A stretch of DNA of 60,018 bases, filler included, from Gonapodya sp. JEL0774 (taxonomy: Eukaryota): NCBI GenBank assembly GCA_027604505.1. It is 12 parts of 12 records of this genome, joined end to end, with 100 filler letters (N's around TTAATTAATTAA, not from the genome) between each part and the next. Parts side by side here need not be neighbours in the genome. Positions count along the whole stretch, not along the records: positions 20,094 to 25,007 come from JADIIX010000827.1; positions 25,108 to 30,020 come from JADIIX010000828.1; positions 30,121 to 35,030 come from JADIIX010000829.1; 9 more parts are not named here. One strand, written 5' to 3'. A model generated the notes under the pieces. It saw only the letters and a program-made list of their open reading frames with translations, was not told the origin of the DNA and ran no database searches. A program made the translations under genes and the position numbers. Positions 22,669 through 35,130 of this stretch are shown one piece after another. Within the stretch, counting starts at the first letter, position 1, and every line of letters starts with the position of its first letter.

Positions 22669-25007
22669 ATGGGGTCGATGGACACAGCAACGCGCGATTC
22701 CCTCAGAGCGTCTATTCTCAATTCCCATAATAGAGCAGCCGGTGCGTGGGGGTTAATCCTGTTCTCCCTCTCCCGCCCCGCTGATGTTTCAATTTGTTCC
22801 TTTCTTTCCATTTTATTCCCCCTTTTCAAACACCGATCCACACCCGATTAAAACTCAACGATGCAATCAAATCTGCTCTTCCACTCGTCCAGAATGGCTC
22901 GCCTACGTCCGCTTCGAACGCGCTGTCTCCGGTTCTTCCCCGCAGGGCCTCGCCCGAGTCCGCGCAATCTACAAGAACGCACTGGAACATACGGATTTCG
23001 GGAAGAAAGATTCGCAATCGCAGGGTGTGGAACTGTGGCTGGAGTATGCCCAGGTGTGCGCGTGAGTCCGGTTCTTGGGGTCAGTGACACTCACTGGGGG
23101 AGGTGAAGAGGACGACGGGCGACAACAACGTACTTATACTGTGTGAACCATCCGCAAACCCGCACTCCTCCCACTCCTTACCCAGCACCTGTCTCGCCTC
23201 CCCCGACCAAATCCGATCCATCTACTCCCAGTGCGCTCGCACATTCGCCTCTTTACGCGGTGCCGACGCAAAAAAAATTTACACCACCTGGGCTGCCTTT
23301 GAAAGGACTCAGGGGGATACCCAGAGGGCGTTGGAACTCGAGGCGAAAGGGGTCGTGTTTGGTGGGGCTGCCGCGAGAGGGGTGGCCGGAGGTGAGCGAA
23401 GCGAACCGGAAACCACCGCGCGAGAGTGAACAACCGCCTGTCCCGACCTTCGGTCGGGAGTCCGCCGGAGCTGATTGAACCCAGCGCCGGAGGCGAAAGA
23501 TATCCACCAAAGGCGATTGAATCCCGGTCTGTCAGAGAGATGTGCCGACAGAGTCTTCCGGGGTTCTTTACGGGCCTATGTGTGCCGGTGAGCCCCATAT
23601 GGACGTCCAGTTTACCCTTTCGGCCTTTCGAGATATCTCCGCACGGACACGATACCCGTATTGACTCGTTGATCCCCTTTCAACTATGACCTTACGACTC
23701 CCACCCCACCTTCCACCAAAGCCACACCCCCCTTCGACAACAAGGAAAACTCCTACACGCCTAACCCTCTGTCTAAACCCACCTTACTTTTCACCACATC
23801 CGCACTTGCATCCACCACCTCGACACCATCCCTTACTCCGGCCCCCGCCCCCGCCGCAGAACCCTCCCGCCCCCCCGGGACAACCACCACCACCTCCACT
23901 TCCACTCCCACACCCCCTGCCCTCTCCCTCCCCCTCTCCACCCGCACTCGCCGCACCCGGCTCACCACGCGTGACAGACCACGTCTGGGCCCGCCCAAGC
24001 GGGTGTCGGGGGAGACCAGGGAGGAGGAGGACGAGGAGGAGGATGCGGGAGGCATGGGGAGTCAGGAGAGGAGTTTCGAGTCGCAGGGGTCGCGGGGGTA
24101 CTCCCCGCAGTCGGCCTCGTCCCAGAACGCTTCGCCCGTCGCCAGTGTCCCGCCCGCTCCGGCTCCCGCCCTTCACGCACTCCCTTCCGCGTCCGCGCCA
24201 CACACACGATACCAGCAACAGCAACAACAAGCCTCACTGCCCGGTCCCGGTCCGACCACAATACGACGCCCCTCCCGCACGCGCACGCCGAGCTCGTCGA
24301 GCGTAGCGAGCGTGTCCAGCGTGTCCAGCGTGTCCTCCCGTACGTCCCAGTCTTCAATAGGCTCGACGAGCGATGCGGAGGACAGAAGGAGTGAACGGGA
24401 TGGCGATGGGGACGGGGAGGGCGACGGGGATGGGGATGGGGAAGAGGTGGTCACCCGGACCGTGGTGGCGGGTGCGGGTGCGGGTGCGGCGGGCATGAGA
24501 GTGGGGTCGATGGTGGGTGCGGGCGAAGGGCAAACGCCAAAGGACATGGAACTGGATGTGGATCTGGGGAGTCCTACGGTACGTGGTTGTCGCCTGCATG
24601 TCCTCCAGTTGTGGCCACGACACGGGTCTCATACAACTCCTGTCGAACACAACCGCCGCTGCGGGTGCTAGGTCGTTCGACCGACTACCTCACGCCCCTC
24701 AGCCGGCACTGCATCCACCAACGCCAACCCCTTCACACCCGCCACATCCCTCGCCACCCCACCCATCCCTTCCCGCCCCACAGCACCCCCCCGACCCCAG
24801 GCCGCGGTCCCGGTCCCGGCGTGGGAGGATCCTGGCCGCAGTGGGAGTGGGGGGACCGGGGGAACGGGAACGGGTACCGCGGTGGTGAGGGAGGTGGTGC
24901 CGAGTACGCCGTTTGGGAACGTGAGTCGCCGGGGTTTGGGGCGTGTGGGGGGAGAGGGTCGGAAGGGAAGTGGGAGGCTGAAACTGTGCATACCATTGTT
25001 CCCCCGC
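22669..25007 (+). CDS. N-terminal TPR/HAT-domain protein followed by low-complexity sequence; Mps1- or Bub1-like checkpoint protein candidate, 3'-truncated
   Basis: Spliced EWLAYVRFER...RVRAIYKNALE...VELWLEYAQ...PDQIRSIYSQ...IYTTWAAFERTQGDTQRALEL. Intron 23392-23859 is phase-compatible with the downstream S/P/E-rich exons. No kinase domain lies within the contig. Confidence 0.6.
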
Positions 25008-25368
25008 NNNNNNNNNNNNNNNNNNNNNNNNNNNNNNNNNNNNNNNNNNNNTTAATTAATTAANNNNNNNNNNNNNNNNNNNNNNNNNNNNNNNNNNNNN
25101 NNNNNNNGGTCAGGCCAAATTCTGTCCTAGCTGCGGAAACAAGTTTTCTGAAGTTGATAAATTCTGTAGCCAGTGCGGGAAGGCAAGGGGATAGTTTCGA
25201 TTCTGATACATGTCGGGAAGGACGATGAGTCCCTGGTCCTTCCATGGACGGAGTTCGCTCATTGCGTCTGTATTTTCTCCGACAGTGCGTGCCGTGCCGG
25301 CATCCCAAAGCATATAATGTTCATATAAATGACCTCAAACTTATTCCTCGAATCACCGTTCAAGCGGA

Positions 25369-25885
25369 CTACTTCTTCCCCGACTTCTTGATTCCTCCAC
25401 TTCCACCCATTGGACCACCCTGAGCAGCGCGAGCACGGGCCTCTTCCAGCTGTGACAACGGGTGTGTCGGGATGGTTTTGGGTTGTTGTGTACAGCGAGA
25501 ACTCAGACCACTACGGGGTCCCGTACCTTCTTCTTTTCCTCCATTTGCTTCTTCTTAAACTCCAAGTCATCCTCGTCAAGGTCCCCAGCCTGCTTCTTGG
25601 CCTATAACAGGTTCACGACGGAAGATAGAAGTGATGAAGCCTTTTCTCCTCCCGAGGACCACAAAAGACAAGTCACTTAGCTCACGAACCTGCTTCAAGG
25701 GTTTCAGCTTTCCACCTAGTCCAAGTTACAGTCCGAACGCGATGCGGAGTACCACGACAGGAGTCCCAACGATCGCCCGAGACGATGGACCAAGACCGAG
25801 GAAGTCAGCACCCAAGCTAGCGATTCCCCCCGTGCATATAGCAGATAACGGTCCGGTGCGGGGCTTTACCTTGTCGACCAGACAT
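25369..25885 (-). CDS. TMA7: Translation machinery-associated protein 7
   Basis: Four exons give MSGRQGGKLKPLKQAKKQAGDLDEDDLEFKKKQMEEKKKLEEARARAAQGGPMGGSGGIKKSGKK*. It is missed by the ORF track. Confidence 0.95.
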
Positions 25886-26622
25886 GGCGAAGTCTTTTGG
25901 ATTTCTGGTTGCTTTGGACGAGCTTCGAAGTGCGTTCGATCCGCGTGCATGGGTCAGCTCACGCCCTCTTCTGCTGGTACTTTCATAATATGGAATCAAT
26001 GATTTGAGCATGCTGGGCAAGCTCACGATATTCAAAAGAAGAGACTGAGGGCAGTGCTACACCCAACTCCAGGTTATAACTGGCTGACTATGGTTACATT
26101 CAAATCCATGAGAAACATTACACAATTCCTCTGTGTGCTCTTAGCGACTCGAACGCTCCATTTCAGTCAGGGCTTATCTGGTCTCAGCGCGTAACATTTT
26201 CCATGCACGTCAGGATCACACTCTTTCCGATGATTCAGATTGGTGCAACTCGCACGCAGATAGATTTGGCAAAGAGGTTGATGGTATATCTACGTAACCG
26301 ATGTCTTGGTGCGGCAGGTCTTTATCGGGCGTTTGCAAACTCCGCGGGAAGGGTTGTCGGACAAAACAAAGCTCAGAACCCTGGCCCTTGAAGCGGGCAC
26401 GATCGGAGCGTCAAAAAACCAACCATCCAATCAAGGGGCAATCCAGCCAGTGCTGAATAGAAAAAACCACAATCATCATGCAGGGGCTACAAAACTTTGG
26501 AAAAGGCGGCAACGATAACTATTACGTGAGTCATGAATGCACAAGCAAAGTCTCGGAGTTTCCTCCCACCCTCACTGGTCTGCTCGCAGCCAAATCAAAA
26601 CCCCTATCATCACTCACAATCG

Positions 26623-29585
26623 ATGATGGGCCAGCCCCATCAAGTGCTTCCCGACTGGACTGTCGCTGAGGTTCGTTCTCTCTGGAATGGATAACGCGGA
26701 AGGAACATGTTACCGAAACGAAAAGCTCGATCGTTATGATCCGTTCCAGGAGGCAAGAGCGGTGAGAAAAGTGGACCTGACAATAGTTCCGTGGCTTGCA
26801 GTGTGCTACACTGCGCTCAATGTGAGTCACGATGGTTGAGGATCCTGGCTTGAGTAATGCAGTGGATATCCAACGATCTTTGATAGGTTGATAGGTTGAA
26901 TCTGAGCAACGGTAAGCGTCTTCAGACAGACTGGGTCGGCCTTTCCCACTGTTCTTGTCTCGATTGCGTGAACAGAACGATTGGTTCTCATAACCGATAC
27001 CACAGCTGCCATTATCAATCTCGAAACACCACGAGACACCCTTATCGCACAACTGGGACTCACGGGAGATCAATTCAATTGGGCTGTCTCGGCATTCTAC
27101 TGTGGGCTTCATTGCTTTGTAGCGCATTTTTTGCTGGACAGTAATTTTAACGTATGACCCGTACTTCCCCAAGTTGGATACGTTCTTTGCGAGATTCCCA
27201 GCGTGAGCTGCTCTGTGTCAGGTTGAAGCTCCTGGTACTATATAACTCATCTTCTCTCGTCCATTGAATTCCTGTCCGGTAATACGACGCGATCTCTCAG
27301 AACCTCCTGCTCACACGAGTGTCACCGTCGGGATGGATTGGGCGAATTCTTGCATCGTGGGGAATATTGTCGGTGAGTTGCTTTCTAGACCTGTCACACT
27401 GACCTTCGACACTTATCGCGAAATTCTCCACCCCGCCACATTGGTAAAGGCTTGCACGGCTGCAACTCAGGTAGGACTCGACACTGTGGATGTGCTGAGG
27501 AATTAAATTAATCGGTTGCCTTCACCCTGCGTCTATAGAACTTTGCCGGCCTACTTGCGGTGCGAGTTTTGACAGGGTGCATGGAAGCAGGATTCGCTCC
27601 CGGAGTGTGAGTGTCTCCGACAAAAATTTCCATCGTAATGGTACTAATTGATTTTGCGGTCAAACAGGGCTTTCTATCTCTCGTTCTGGTACAAGGTAAG
27701 GGGCAAAGTCGGTTTCGAGAACTATCTGTGACTCAACTTCACCTCCGCACCAACCTCTTCAGAAATACGAAGGTTGGTTTGCAGCTAGGTCAATACGATA
27801 AGCTCTCTATGCACTCATATTGTCGCTGTTCTGCCTTCTCTACTTGAACATCCAGTCTCTTCTCGCTGGGCATGTGAGTGGAGTTGATCATGGAGAGAAT
27901 TTACACCACCAACTTGAGTACGCTGACGACTCTTGACGCAGATATGTTTGGTACTGCTTTGATTTTGTCATCGTTTGGGGGCTTGGTTGCTTATGGAGTT
28001 GCAGCCATGTGAGTGACCAGCTGGGATCCCGGAATCATAACAACGAATGGTCGACCAATAAAGAATCTTGTGCGCAGGAACGGACTGGGTGGCGTATCTG
28101 GATGGCGTTGGTACGTGCTACCTCTGCGGCTGTTCGAAGCCTCGTCACTGCACCAGTTGACGATTGTGCGTTGACCCGCTATTGCACCAGGCTCTTCATC
28201 TTGGTGAGTGGTGGAGTGCTATGAACCCCTGCGGACTGCGATTTTGACTGTTAGACGTCCCCATTCCACATTATAGGAAGGAGCGGTTTCTGTCCTGTTG
28301 GGAATCATATCTATTTTCTACCTCCCAGTAAGTTTAATAACCGCGGTCATGCCCAAACTAGAAGCGCTGAGTAGGTTAACAAAAAATTCCAGGACTACCC
28401 TCAAACCTGCTCCTTCTTGAGTATTCGTGAGAAGGAGATCGTGATCGGTCGGCTTCCACCGACTGCCCCGTCTATCGCGACGAAGCAACTCCGCATGAGC
28501 GAAATACTAGACGAGTTCCGCGACTGGCGAATGTACGCTCTGTCAGCGGCGCTCCTTTTGCACCTGACCGTTGTGTTTTCCATCGCGAACTTCCTGCCCA
28601 CGGTGAGTATTTTGGTGTCCGAATGGGTCGCATACCTAAGATTTATATTCCTTGCCATTCCTGAGCAGGTTATCCAACTAATGGGATTTCAGTCTACGAC
28701 GGCTCAGCTCTTGAGCATCCCTCCATTTGTGGTTGGTGCAATATGGATTCTTATCGTGTATGTTCACCTTGTTTCTTGTTCGCTCCTGAGATCTCACCGC
28801 TTTGTTTTCCTTGACCCCGCAGAAATTGGTCTTCAGACCGCCATCAGGAGAAGCTCTTTCATGGTCTCGCGTGCATTCTGCCGGCAATGACGGGGTATTT
28901 CCTTCTGTCATTCCTTCAATTCAATACACAGACACCATGGGTGAGGTATGGTTTGATCAACTTGGTTTCTCTTATGAATGGCCGTGAGTCATCGGAGGCA
29001 AGCTCCGCATTGCATAGCCTGGTAGCAATCACGGGCTGACTCGTTGCAATATTCCTTTGCGAACACTTGAAAGTCGTTCCCCTCATTGTGGGACTGAGTA
29101 CCATCTCGACAAAAGGAACTTCCCGTACGGCAATCCGATCTGCTTTCACAATTGCTTGCGGCAACATTGGTAAGTTATGTCGGACATCCGTCCTCGACAG
29201 TCGATTAACCAGTACCCTCTGTACTCCACAGGTGGTGCCGTCGGTGGTCAGATCTATCGGACCTCTGACGCACCTTTCTTCCCGCGTGGCCATCTAATCA
29301 ATGGATGCCTTCTTATTGGAGTTCTCATCCTATTTGTGACCGCGGTGATCTCACTAAACAGGGAGGGGGAGTATGTTGGTCCAAAGGCCAACTTGACCGG
29401 TGAGAGCTGCGTCAAAGGCGTAGGGCGTAGGGGGATGTTCTAACCATTTTGCATTTCACCTGTGTTTCTCAATAGTGTTTGAAGTTGGCGGCATCGAAGT
29501 TGAAGGAGCGAAGGTCATCAGCTTTGATCAGGTACTGGAAACGACAAGCTATATTGATGATTACGAAGCGCCAGCTCGGTATTGA
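26623..29585 (+). CDS. MFS transporter, anion:cation symporter (Dal5/Tna1-like) family, many introns
   Basis: EEARAVRKVDLTIVPWL, VDRLNLSN, NFAGLLAVRVLTGCMEAGFAPG, GVSGWRWLFILEG, AQLLSIPPF and GGQIYRTSDAPFFPRGH. Confidence 0.92.
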
Positions 29586-30120
29586 GTTGTCTTACGATAC
29601 CCTGAGCCGCGGAGTGCATTTCTAATATTTTGGGAGCACTTTGAGTGTCCTTGTTTCGTAGGAAGAGTATTTACCTGCGCACATCTGCATGTTCATGTAT
29701 ACATATCTGTTTTGCATCTAAAATCGAAGTCGAAATTGATCAATGGTGACAGGCATCCAGCGTCGGAGTGAGCGGGCTAAAAAGCGACTATAGATTTTTC
29801 CCGTCCCCCTATGTACTGGCGCATGGTATTCTGGGAGGCAGAGAAATAAAAGAGACACGTCATTTTATGGTAGAATGATAATTATAACAATCAATGCGAG
29901 CTTGTTGAGTGCGGCGCGACCACAACCTCGGAAAATGTACGTAATCGAACGATCGAACGCGGTCTGTCGGAGCTGAAGCATTTTTTGTTGGGCATGGTCA
30001 TTCATTCTGTGATCATCTGGNNNNNNNNNNNNNNNNNNNNNNNNNNNNNNNNNNNNNNNNNNNNTTAATTAATTAANNNNNNNNNNNNNNNNNNNNNNNN
30101 NNNNNNNNNNNNNNNNNNNN

Positions 30121-30460
30121 AGACCAGAGTGGGGTTCCCGATTGCTGTGCAGCAACCGACGTCACCCGGTGCTACACGTTTGTGGAGGTGGCGGGTTACA
30201 TTTCCGATCGCCGAGTTATCGTGGTATGACGCGGTGAACGCCTTTACTGCAAGAACGGGATGTGCCCCATCATCGGACTCTCGATAGATGTACTCATTGT
30301 GATTCGATACTTGTTGTCTCCGTGAAAGGATACGTCCTGTGTCACGAAGGCTGTGGTGATCGCCAGACTTCCGTGTCGAGGGAAACAGGGCAAACACCAA
30401 CACGATTAAGGTGAAGATCGTCCAGATGACAGCGATTAGAATGCGAAGCGGAAGCCTCAT
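30121..30460 (-). CDS. Secreted or signal-anchored protein N-terminus, truncated
   Basis: Hydrophobic N-terminus MRLPLRILIAVIWTIFTLIVLVFALF and a Kex2-like LHKR site before VAPGDVGCC. Confidence 0.6.
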
Positions 30461-31438
30461 GAGGAAGCTGGGCTGATCGTCTCCGATTCACGAGTGTTTC
30501 GCTGAAGAAATCGCTCACCGCCTTTTTCGTGCTGTGACCGGCTGGTTTTAGTTCACCGGCCTTAGCATCACCAAGCATCCCAGGTAGACGCGGAAGTCAG
30601 CGACAGCCCCAATTCGAGTGCGTCTCAGGTTTGCGGCTCCCGCCAGATGGCTGCTTTGAAAGTGCGGACGACAAAAGCTCAAAGCTGCTCAAGAGCAAGA
30701 GGTGCATCACAGGGAACACTGTACTATTAAACTAAAATGCTAAAATAAGACGCCGATCTGAGACTCACACCACGGATGTCATTTGGAACTGTACATTCAT
30801 GTGTTGCGTCCGTTACGTTAGCTTAATCGCCGGGTTAAAAAAGCTGAAGTTGACGCCATCGAGAAACCTGGGGCTCGATTGTTTGGTGAATTCTTAACCT
30901 CTATGTGAGCTATCTTCACTGTGGTTTGCATCGCGAGAGGATCGGAAAGGGGGCCAATTGTGGAATGTCGTACTGTCGAGATATTCTCGGGAGACAATTC
31001 GAGAATCCATCCCTTTCCTCGAATAGGCACTTCCCATTCTCTATTCACTGTGTAGATCTTTGATCCCGCGGTCTGATCGGCTGACAGCATCACTGCAATA
31101 CAAGAACGCTATGTACAAGTGACGACAACCAATGCCTATGTGAGTATCCATGCCATTGTCCTATTTCTGAAAAAGCCTGGTCCTTCCTCCGAAGCTACTT
31201 TTCCGTCAGACCTCGCACGCTTGGATCGCCTGTTCCATCCCACAACTTCAACACCTCAACCGGAAAACCATCCGATGCCCTATCACGCAGTCTGTGCAAA
31301 GTCCCCCAACGTTTCAATTTGATTCGACAATTGGAAGGAAGAGACTGCATCATGCTTTTGAGAAAGTCGAGCCCACATGGTGCTGGGGATAGCTGACGGC
31401 GTGATTTGGCAACAACGTGCACCGTAACGCGGATGAGT

Positions 31439-32779
31439 CTAGACAGAATACCCGAGACCATAAACGCTGATATCTCTTCTTCCATCCCAAGAACTCAATC
31501 CACCTATCCAACTTTGTGTGGCACTCTCGCTCCACTGTACTGATAGCCGCATAGCTCTCAGATCGATCCGACAATGGGCTGGCACCGCTTTGACCACTCC
31601 GTTCAAAAACGTTCCCAAGGGTTCCGTGGAAGGTGGGTGGGGGAGTTTTGCAAGGGGTTGGACAGTGACACGAGAGGGTTTTGGAACAAGGCGAAAGAGA
31701 GTTTGAACTAGATCCTCGATACATGAGGCACGTGGTGCAGACTCAAGGTCGAAAGTGTGGACACGAAGATGGAGAATGCGCAGTTGTAGGAGGGGGACCA
31801 AGGGCTTAGCGTTGGGATCGACAAGATTATACCAGGCACTCGATCCAGTCCAGAAAGACAAAACGCCAAGCTCAACGAGATTAGAGTACGCTAATGTGGA
31901 TCGGAGAAGCTTGTACGGGTAGCTTGGGAAGTTGCGTTGGAGGAAGCCCAATTGGGGTACGAGGAGCGAGGTGACTACATTCCGCTGTGTGGGTGAAATG
32001 TGCTGATTGACGAGATCTTCCGGACTTTCCATGATCAGTGGGTAGAAGGCCGTGCCCTGAAGGCGGGATGCAGACGGGAATCTCGCCAGGGCTGTTAGTC
32101 TCCCAACATGTACAGCCACATCCATATCAGGTTCAGGGTCAAATACGTCACCACCTTCGAGGGATTCCAGGTCCTTGACTGAGGGCATATTCAAAGACAG
32201 AGGGAGTTCGGTGAGAATGTTTGCCTCCCGAGGATTGCCCATCACGAATTTCGTTACTCCTCGTTTGTAAACAAAGTCAGATAGCCGGAGTAAAGCCCCG
32301 AACGCCAGACCTGAAAGGTTGATTACAGAGTATTCAGCACCCAATTGTGTTGAAGATACTGCGAGTCGGAGACGGGCTGGTGGAGGTGGTCGAGGACGGG
32401 AGTTGTGTGTTTTGCCAAGGCGAACAATGGTATCTACGACACGTGACTCGAACACATCGGAATCTATAGGCCACTGGGCAACTGTAACAACATCAAGGTA
32501 AACTGTCGCAGAGCACGAAGCCCAGACACTCTGTGTTTGGTCACCCTGTACAATTCGGAACACCGGGTCCTCAAAATCAAAGTGCATTCGTCGATTTGAA
32601 TCATCTGTGCGCAAAATCACATCACAAGCCACACCGATTTGTCCCTGGTCGCATCCTGGCAGCGCGGTTGACTGCGCGAGGCGGAAGCTGCGAGAAACTC
32701 TCGGGACCTTTGTGTGGAAGGTGTGGGGCGGCAGGTGACGCATTATATGTTGTAAGAGCTCGATAGGGAGGTGATCCAT
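31439..32779 (-). CDS. Intronless F-box protein (446 aa) with an unrecognised, partly LRR-like C-region
   Basis: N-terminal MDHLPIELLQHIMRHLP...VPRVSRSFR matches the F-box consensus; the ORF is long and uninterrupted. Confidence 0.85.
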   Translation of the reverse strand: MDHLPIELLQHIMRHLPPHTFHTKVPRVSRSFRLAQSTALPGCDQGQIGVACDVILRTDDSNRRMHFDFEDPVFRIVQGDQTQSVWASCSATVYLDVVTVAQWPIDSDVFESRVVDTIVRLGKTHNSRPRPPPPARLRLAVSSTQLGAEYSVINLSGLAFGALLRLSDFVYKRGVTKFVMGNPREANILTELPLSLNMPSVKDLESLEGGDVFDPEPDMDVAVHVGRLTALARFPSASRLQGTAFYPLIMESPEDLVNQHISPTQRNVVTSLLVPQLGFLQRNFPSYPYKLLRSTLAYSNLVELGVLSFWTGSSAWYNLVDPNAKPLVPLLQLRILHLRVHTFDLESAPRASCIEDLVQTLFRLVPKPSRVTVQPLAKLPHPPSTEPLGTFLNGVVKAVPAHCRIDLRAMRLSVQWSESATQSWIGGLSSWDGRRDISVYGLGYSV

Positions 32780-33162
32780 TGTGAGTTTGTTGCGCCAGGA
32801 TTGGATGCCGAATTAGAGAGTTTGCGTGTGGACGTTCGGCTCTGGTCACTGGTGTCCCGTGCACAGAGGGACCATCACGGAAAAGCATCTAAGTTTTTAT
32901 CCTTATCGCATTCAATTTTTCTAATAATAATGAATTATAACTCAATTGTATGCAGCAGTGAAATGCGAGGTCATTATCGCTCTTTGACTGACACTGGGAT
33001 CGATTCCCCGGCTCGAAAGAGCTAAGTGCAACGAAGGCCCCATGTCGGATGTAATTGTTACAGATAATAATCTGGGCAAGTAATATGTTGTTTGGAACGG
33101 AATGAACCTTCCAGAAGACTGTATTCCAACACTCGATCACTCCAGCACTGACGCTCTCCGAA

Positions 33163-33757
33163 ATGGCCGCCTTCCTCGCCCGCATCGCTATCGTCCTCGG
33201 CCTTGTACTACTGGCACATTCTGGCTACTCTGGCGCGGAGCGTGAGTATTCTTGCTGGAGTGTCGTTGGATCTTCAAGCACGGAATATGCATTCGACCGT
33301 TTTGAGGCTTCAAAGTATGGATTTTTATCGATTCGACCGCCTTTTTGCCCCGATGCTTTAGATATAGCTTTTCTCAAAGCCGTTGACCGGTACGAATCAA
33401 CGTTCCCCATCGAGGTGAGTATTTCTCGCATGTCAGTTGAATCCCCCCAACCGTAATCCCTTTTCCACCACCTAGATCGTCGTTGAGTGCCTCTTTGGAT
33501 GCTTCATCGCTGTGGTGGGCATTGTGGCAACCGCAGGATCGTTAAAACCCATCCTCTTGGAGGCAGAGTTGGCAAAGACGTGAGTGGTGAAAGCGGTTCG
33601 CGATCATCATCCATCCTCCATGGACTGACATGGAATGTAATTTACGATCTCGCTTGCGCTTCACCCTTGATACGACGGGTTCCACAGCCCCTACGACAAG
33701 GTGGACAACAATGTCAGCTTCCGCCCCATGCTCCATCGGCGGCGCCCGCACACCTAG
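33163..33757 (+). CDS. EMC5: ER membrane complex subunit 5 / MMGT1
   Basis: GLVLLAHSGYSGAEH...FPIEIVVECLFG...GSLKPI...YDKVDNNVSFRPMLHR across three GT-AG introns. Confidence 0.9.
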
Positions 33758-34110
33758 ATATTCCTCAAAGGCTTGCACAGTCGTCGTGTACTCCTCTTAG
33801 AATCCCGTGTATATTTCGCAATCCCAAAACTGCTACATCTCTGATGAAAGTCAGGATCCAACAAAACGTCCAAACGTCTGTAGTTCCCGCAACTTTGGCT
33901 CACTATTGTCGTTTCAGCAGCTGGAAGGCAGAATCGTGTAGCCAAGGATATTGCACGGTTGCCTGACCCGTCGCTTTTGGAGTTGTACCACTCCCACGAT
34001 ATTCTATTCACGTGCTTGGAAGGAACACAGTGCCTTTGCAAATATCACCAGGATCAGCAAGACTTCGAAATGCTCATTTGTACCATCAACAATGTCTGAT
34101 TCATTCTCGA

Positions 34111-34958
34111 TTAAGAACTCCCCTGCGCCTCTGCAGCCGCCTTCTGCGTACCCTCCACAAACCGCTCCAACACACTCTTGGCCGCCCCACTCTCTATGCT
34201 CCTCCTCGCCATCTCCACTCCCTCTACAAATCCTTCCGCCTTCCCGGCTACGACCAACACCGCCGCCGCGTTCATCAGAACCCAATCCATGAGCGGTCCT
34301 CGTTCTTCGTTCGCCAGGAGCCGTTTCATTGTAGCGGCGTTGGCGGCGGGAGGGCCGCCCTTCATGGATGATAGCGGGTGTGTGGGGAGGCCAAAGGATG
34401 ATGGGGTGATGGTGGAGGTGGTTATTGTCCCTGCGGAGTCGAGGGTCCAGGTGAATGTAGGGTGCTCAGGGCTGATCTGAGAGGTGGGTTGATAGTGGTG
34501 GAGGGTGATTCAGATGGCACAAGAAAGTAAGAGATGATTGCAAGGACTTGTAGTGATGGAGGTGGAGGCGTGGTCCAGTCTTTGATCGACAACTTACTGA
34601 CCTCGTCCAACCCTTCCTCACCGCACACCACCATCCCTCTCTCGACACCACTCAGTTTAAGGGCTTCAATCATCACTCCCCCTAACTCTCGAGAATGTAC
34701 CCCAACAACTACCCTCCTCGGCCCCGCCGGATTCGTCAGTGGTCCGAGCATGTTGAATACTGTTCTCACACCTATTTCCTTCCTCGTTGCCGCGACATGT
34801 CGCATCGCAGGGTGAAACGTTTGAGCGAAGAGGAAGCAGAAGCTCGTGGTGCGGAGGAGTGTGGGGACGTGGGATGGTGTGATGGAGGTGAGGCGGGCAC
34901 CCAAGGATTCGAGAGTGTCGGCTGAGCCGGATTGGGAGGTAGCTGCACGGTTGCCGTG
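34111..34958 (-). CDS. TRP4: Anthranilate phosphoribosyltransferase, 5'-truncated
   Basis: HGNRAATSQSGSADTLESLG, FLFAQTFHPAM, RTVFNMLGPLTNP, GLDE|ISP and VLMNAAAVL. Confidence 0.96.
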
Positions 34959-35130
34959 CTGACAAGGTGAAAGACCACGGAAATGAGATAAAAGCCAAAA
35001 TACGAGACTTGAACCATTTGATTTGCAATGNNNNNNNNNNNNNNNNNNNNNNNNNNNNNNNNNNNNNNNNNNNNTTAATTAATTAANNNNNNNNNNNNNN
35101 NNNNNNNNNNNNNNNNNNNNNNNNNNNNNN

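Noticed and set aside
23465..23625. Hammerhead-like words (CTGATTGA..GAAA; GAAAGGCCGAAA on the minus strand) and RNase MRP-like words
   Set aside because: The core spacing is wrong, stems are missing, and the MRP-like P4 halves are in reversed order.
18317..24996. Many long overlapping and antisense ORFs in contigs 4 and 5
   Set aside because: Shadows of GC-rich low-complexity exons, with no independent domain signal.
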